From contig JAYWIR010000001.1 of NCBI GenBank assembly GCA_036172245.1, forward strand, positions 10,168,001 to 10,232,000: a stretch of DNA of 64,000 bases, given 5' to 3'. Made by a program: the position numbers and the translations under genes. The DNA is from Raillietiella orientalis (Eukaryota). Below the pieces are notes generated by a model. It was not told the origin of the DNA and ran no database searches. It was given only the letters and a program-made list of their open reading frames with translations. Of this stretch, positions 61,630 to 64,000 are shown piece by piece; within the stretch, counting starts at the first letter, position 1, and each line of letters starts with the position of its first letter.

Positions 61630-63700
61630 TTCCTCTGCAATAAAAAATCTATTGCCATTCAATGTTGCACTGAAGGATGCAAATCTTGCTGCAACTTCTC
61701 ACGATCATATTCGGATTTTTGAATGCAGCCACGGAGGAACTCGCACAGAGCATCTTTTGGTTTCCGAGTAAAAATACGACGTCCTTCAAGAATCTTTCTG
61801 ATGGTTTCGTGGAAATGAGAGTCACAATCAACGGGCACCTAAAAAGAAAAAAAAAATACCTAGGAGCACGTAAAATAGGTAAATAGGCTGCAACTTATTT
61901 TACATGCTCCAACCTATAGCGCCTACAACATCGATAATTGCAATTTACTCTCAGGGAGAGTGCACATTGGTGTTATTCGTTTTGACAGTAATACGCGAAG
62001 AAACATCCAGGAACGTTTTTCTAAAGTACCTAGCAGTACACCTGAGTGAGCACCATTTCCATCGATATTTCAGAATTTTTTCTGTCAAGTGAAGATCCAC
62101 TTAATCAGTTTCATGTCATTACTCAGAGTCTGTGAGGATTTGCGCACGTCATTATCATGAGTCGAAGGTCAGCAGACTTCGACTGATTCCATGAGAGGTT
62201 GCTTTAGTTTTCAAGACCCCATGACTTCTCAGTGCAGATCTTTCGGCGATCAGTCTTCGATTTCAATGAGCTGCTGGGATGCGGAAGCTTCCGCATGGTG
62301 ACTGCGCAGCGTCGGGATGAGCAACTGATGTACCGAAGAGAATGCATCTTGCTTCACCCTTTTCCCGAGAAAGCAAAAGAGCAGTTGCGTTCCATACCGC
62401 ATGCTACTTCCCAAAGATTTGATTTCGTTCTGATCGCAACGAGAGCCTACACACGCGGGTCATCTCGAGCGAAAATACATCTCTTTCGATTCCTCCTACC
62501 TTCTATAAGGAACTCGTAATGATTTCATTTTCGATATCCTCCACGTTTGCTGTTTCTCTCCTTTTCTGGATGTCTAATTTTTTTTTTTTTTTTAAAGAAA
62601 GTCGGCCTGCATTGGCACGCACCTTTTCAGTACCGACTGATTTCCTTCGCAGCCTCCGGACCCACTGATAACGTGCATAGCATAAATCCTAAAAGTGATG
62701 TCTCTATTTATTTGCATTCTTCATGGCATTTTGCCTTTTTCCTCTCCCTGAAATTCCCATTATGAGATTCTGTGCATCCATTGAAGCACAGGACGGCTCG
62801 GCTTCAGTGCAGATCTGAAACCCAGAAAACTTTTACAGCGTCATTCCATCTCTGCTTGGCTGACAAAAAAAAAAACAACAAAAAAAAAAGCGTAAGTGGG
62901 ATCACACGGATTTACATACAAAAAAGCATTCTCAAACACCCAACACGGTCAAAGTCTTCCTGCTCGGAGCTTGGAAGTGCATTCGATAGTCTGCATCACG
63001 AAAAAATGTGCTCCTAGAATCACGCGTGTCGATGGACTGGAAGTCACCCGAATGCATGGAGTCTTCAGCAGACTTTGTAGAAGACCCTCTTGGAGGTCTC
63101 GACAAAGGAACACGGATTCTGCACGGAATCTCGAATCTATTTTCAATCTTGGCCACTCATTGGAAAGCTATTTGCCCTGCTGAGCCTCACTGGGCTAGTG
63201 AAAGCAGACAGCCTGAGCTCGCAAAATAACAGATGACCCCTAAGAACAATCGACTCCTCAGCATTTCGTCTTCTGACTTTCAAAGAGCATTCCTTGGATA
63301 TGAAGAAACAAATACTTAAGGGTTTCTGGGAATACACTCGCATCATTTCTCTTTGATACCTCCGTGCTCGGCTACGCATCTCTCTTCACTCCCCGTCGCC
63401 ACGGCAACACACACGGGCACACAACCTCTTGCATGCAACCAAATGCTGATTTTTCGATCATCAGCTGATTGTACGCAAGAAGCCCCGGGAGTGCCTCCAG
63501 CAAAGCAAATGTGCGGAACCACTGGGAAGATGGAAATAACAAGTACGCTATTTGCAAAGAAATCATCCTTCTTTGCGAAAAGTCAGTGCTCTTCCTGATT
63601 GTGTGCTTTGACTCGGGTTCCTAGCGGAGATCTCGAGTGATCTTTATCGTGCTTTCGAATTAAGTACTTCTTTAGAAAAATTAGACCCATCGCCATAGAT
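61630..63700 (-). pseudogene. NACHT/STAND NTPase pseudogene (copy M)
   Basis: 'FALLEALPGLL..LMIEKSAF' (Walker A position, ORF 63372..63566), 'ESVFLCRDLQE' (Walker B position, 62949..63146), 'KTLTVLGV*E' (I.GF.E), 'ERFLKDVVFLLG' (post-winged-helix, 61649..61831). Confidence 0.6.
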
Positions 63701-64000
63701 GCGTGCTTTCAAGGCGGCAGATTGCTCATCTATTTCACTTTCTCTACTTTCCACGTTCTGTGATCCCCATCCAAGATTTTTCTAGAATAAGAAACAGTTG
63801 TCTTCTTTGTCTCTTTTTTCTTACCAGAAATCCTCCCACGTCTCTTGAGTACGCGATTTTTTTGCAGCCTTAGTTCAGTTTAGATTGCCATTAGATCGAC
63901 TGTTAGAGCTGATGCTGGGATGCAACATGAACGTCAGATATAAGAGCATGCATTAAATGCTCGTAGACTGATTACTGGCGAAACAGTGAAACAGTTAGCG

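Overview
Eukaryotic, repeat-dominated DNA; the organism cannot be determined from the window. I find no intact protein-coding gene, rRNA, true tRNA, CRISPR array or prokaryotic operon, and almost all ORFs in the track are spurious or fragments of decayed elements. Reading across frameshifts by eye shows three layers. (1) About 13 heavily degraded, apparently intron-free NACHT/STAND (NLR-like) pseudogene copies in both orientations, densest from 31 to 64 kb, two with upstream ankyrin-like remnants. (2) Many fragments of non-LTR retrotransposons, mostly L1/Tx1-like (gag-like ORF1, APE endonuclease, RT, C-terminal CCHC finger), plus CRE-like, jockey/I-like and possibly RTE-like pieces. The L1/Tx1-like 3' ends share a terminal AATAAA plus stem-loop motif. 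(3) An unusually long (~0.8 kb) tRNA-headed SINE-like family in 5 copies, two related GAT/GAC-rich minisatellite tracts and a few local duplications. Domain calls are manual motif matches and boundaries are approximate; no database search was run.
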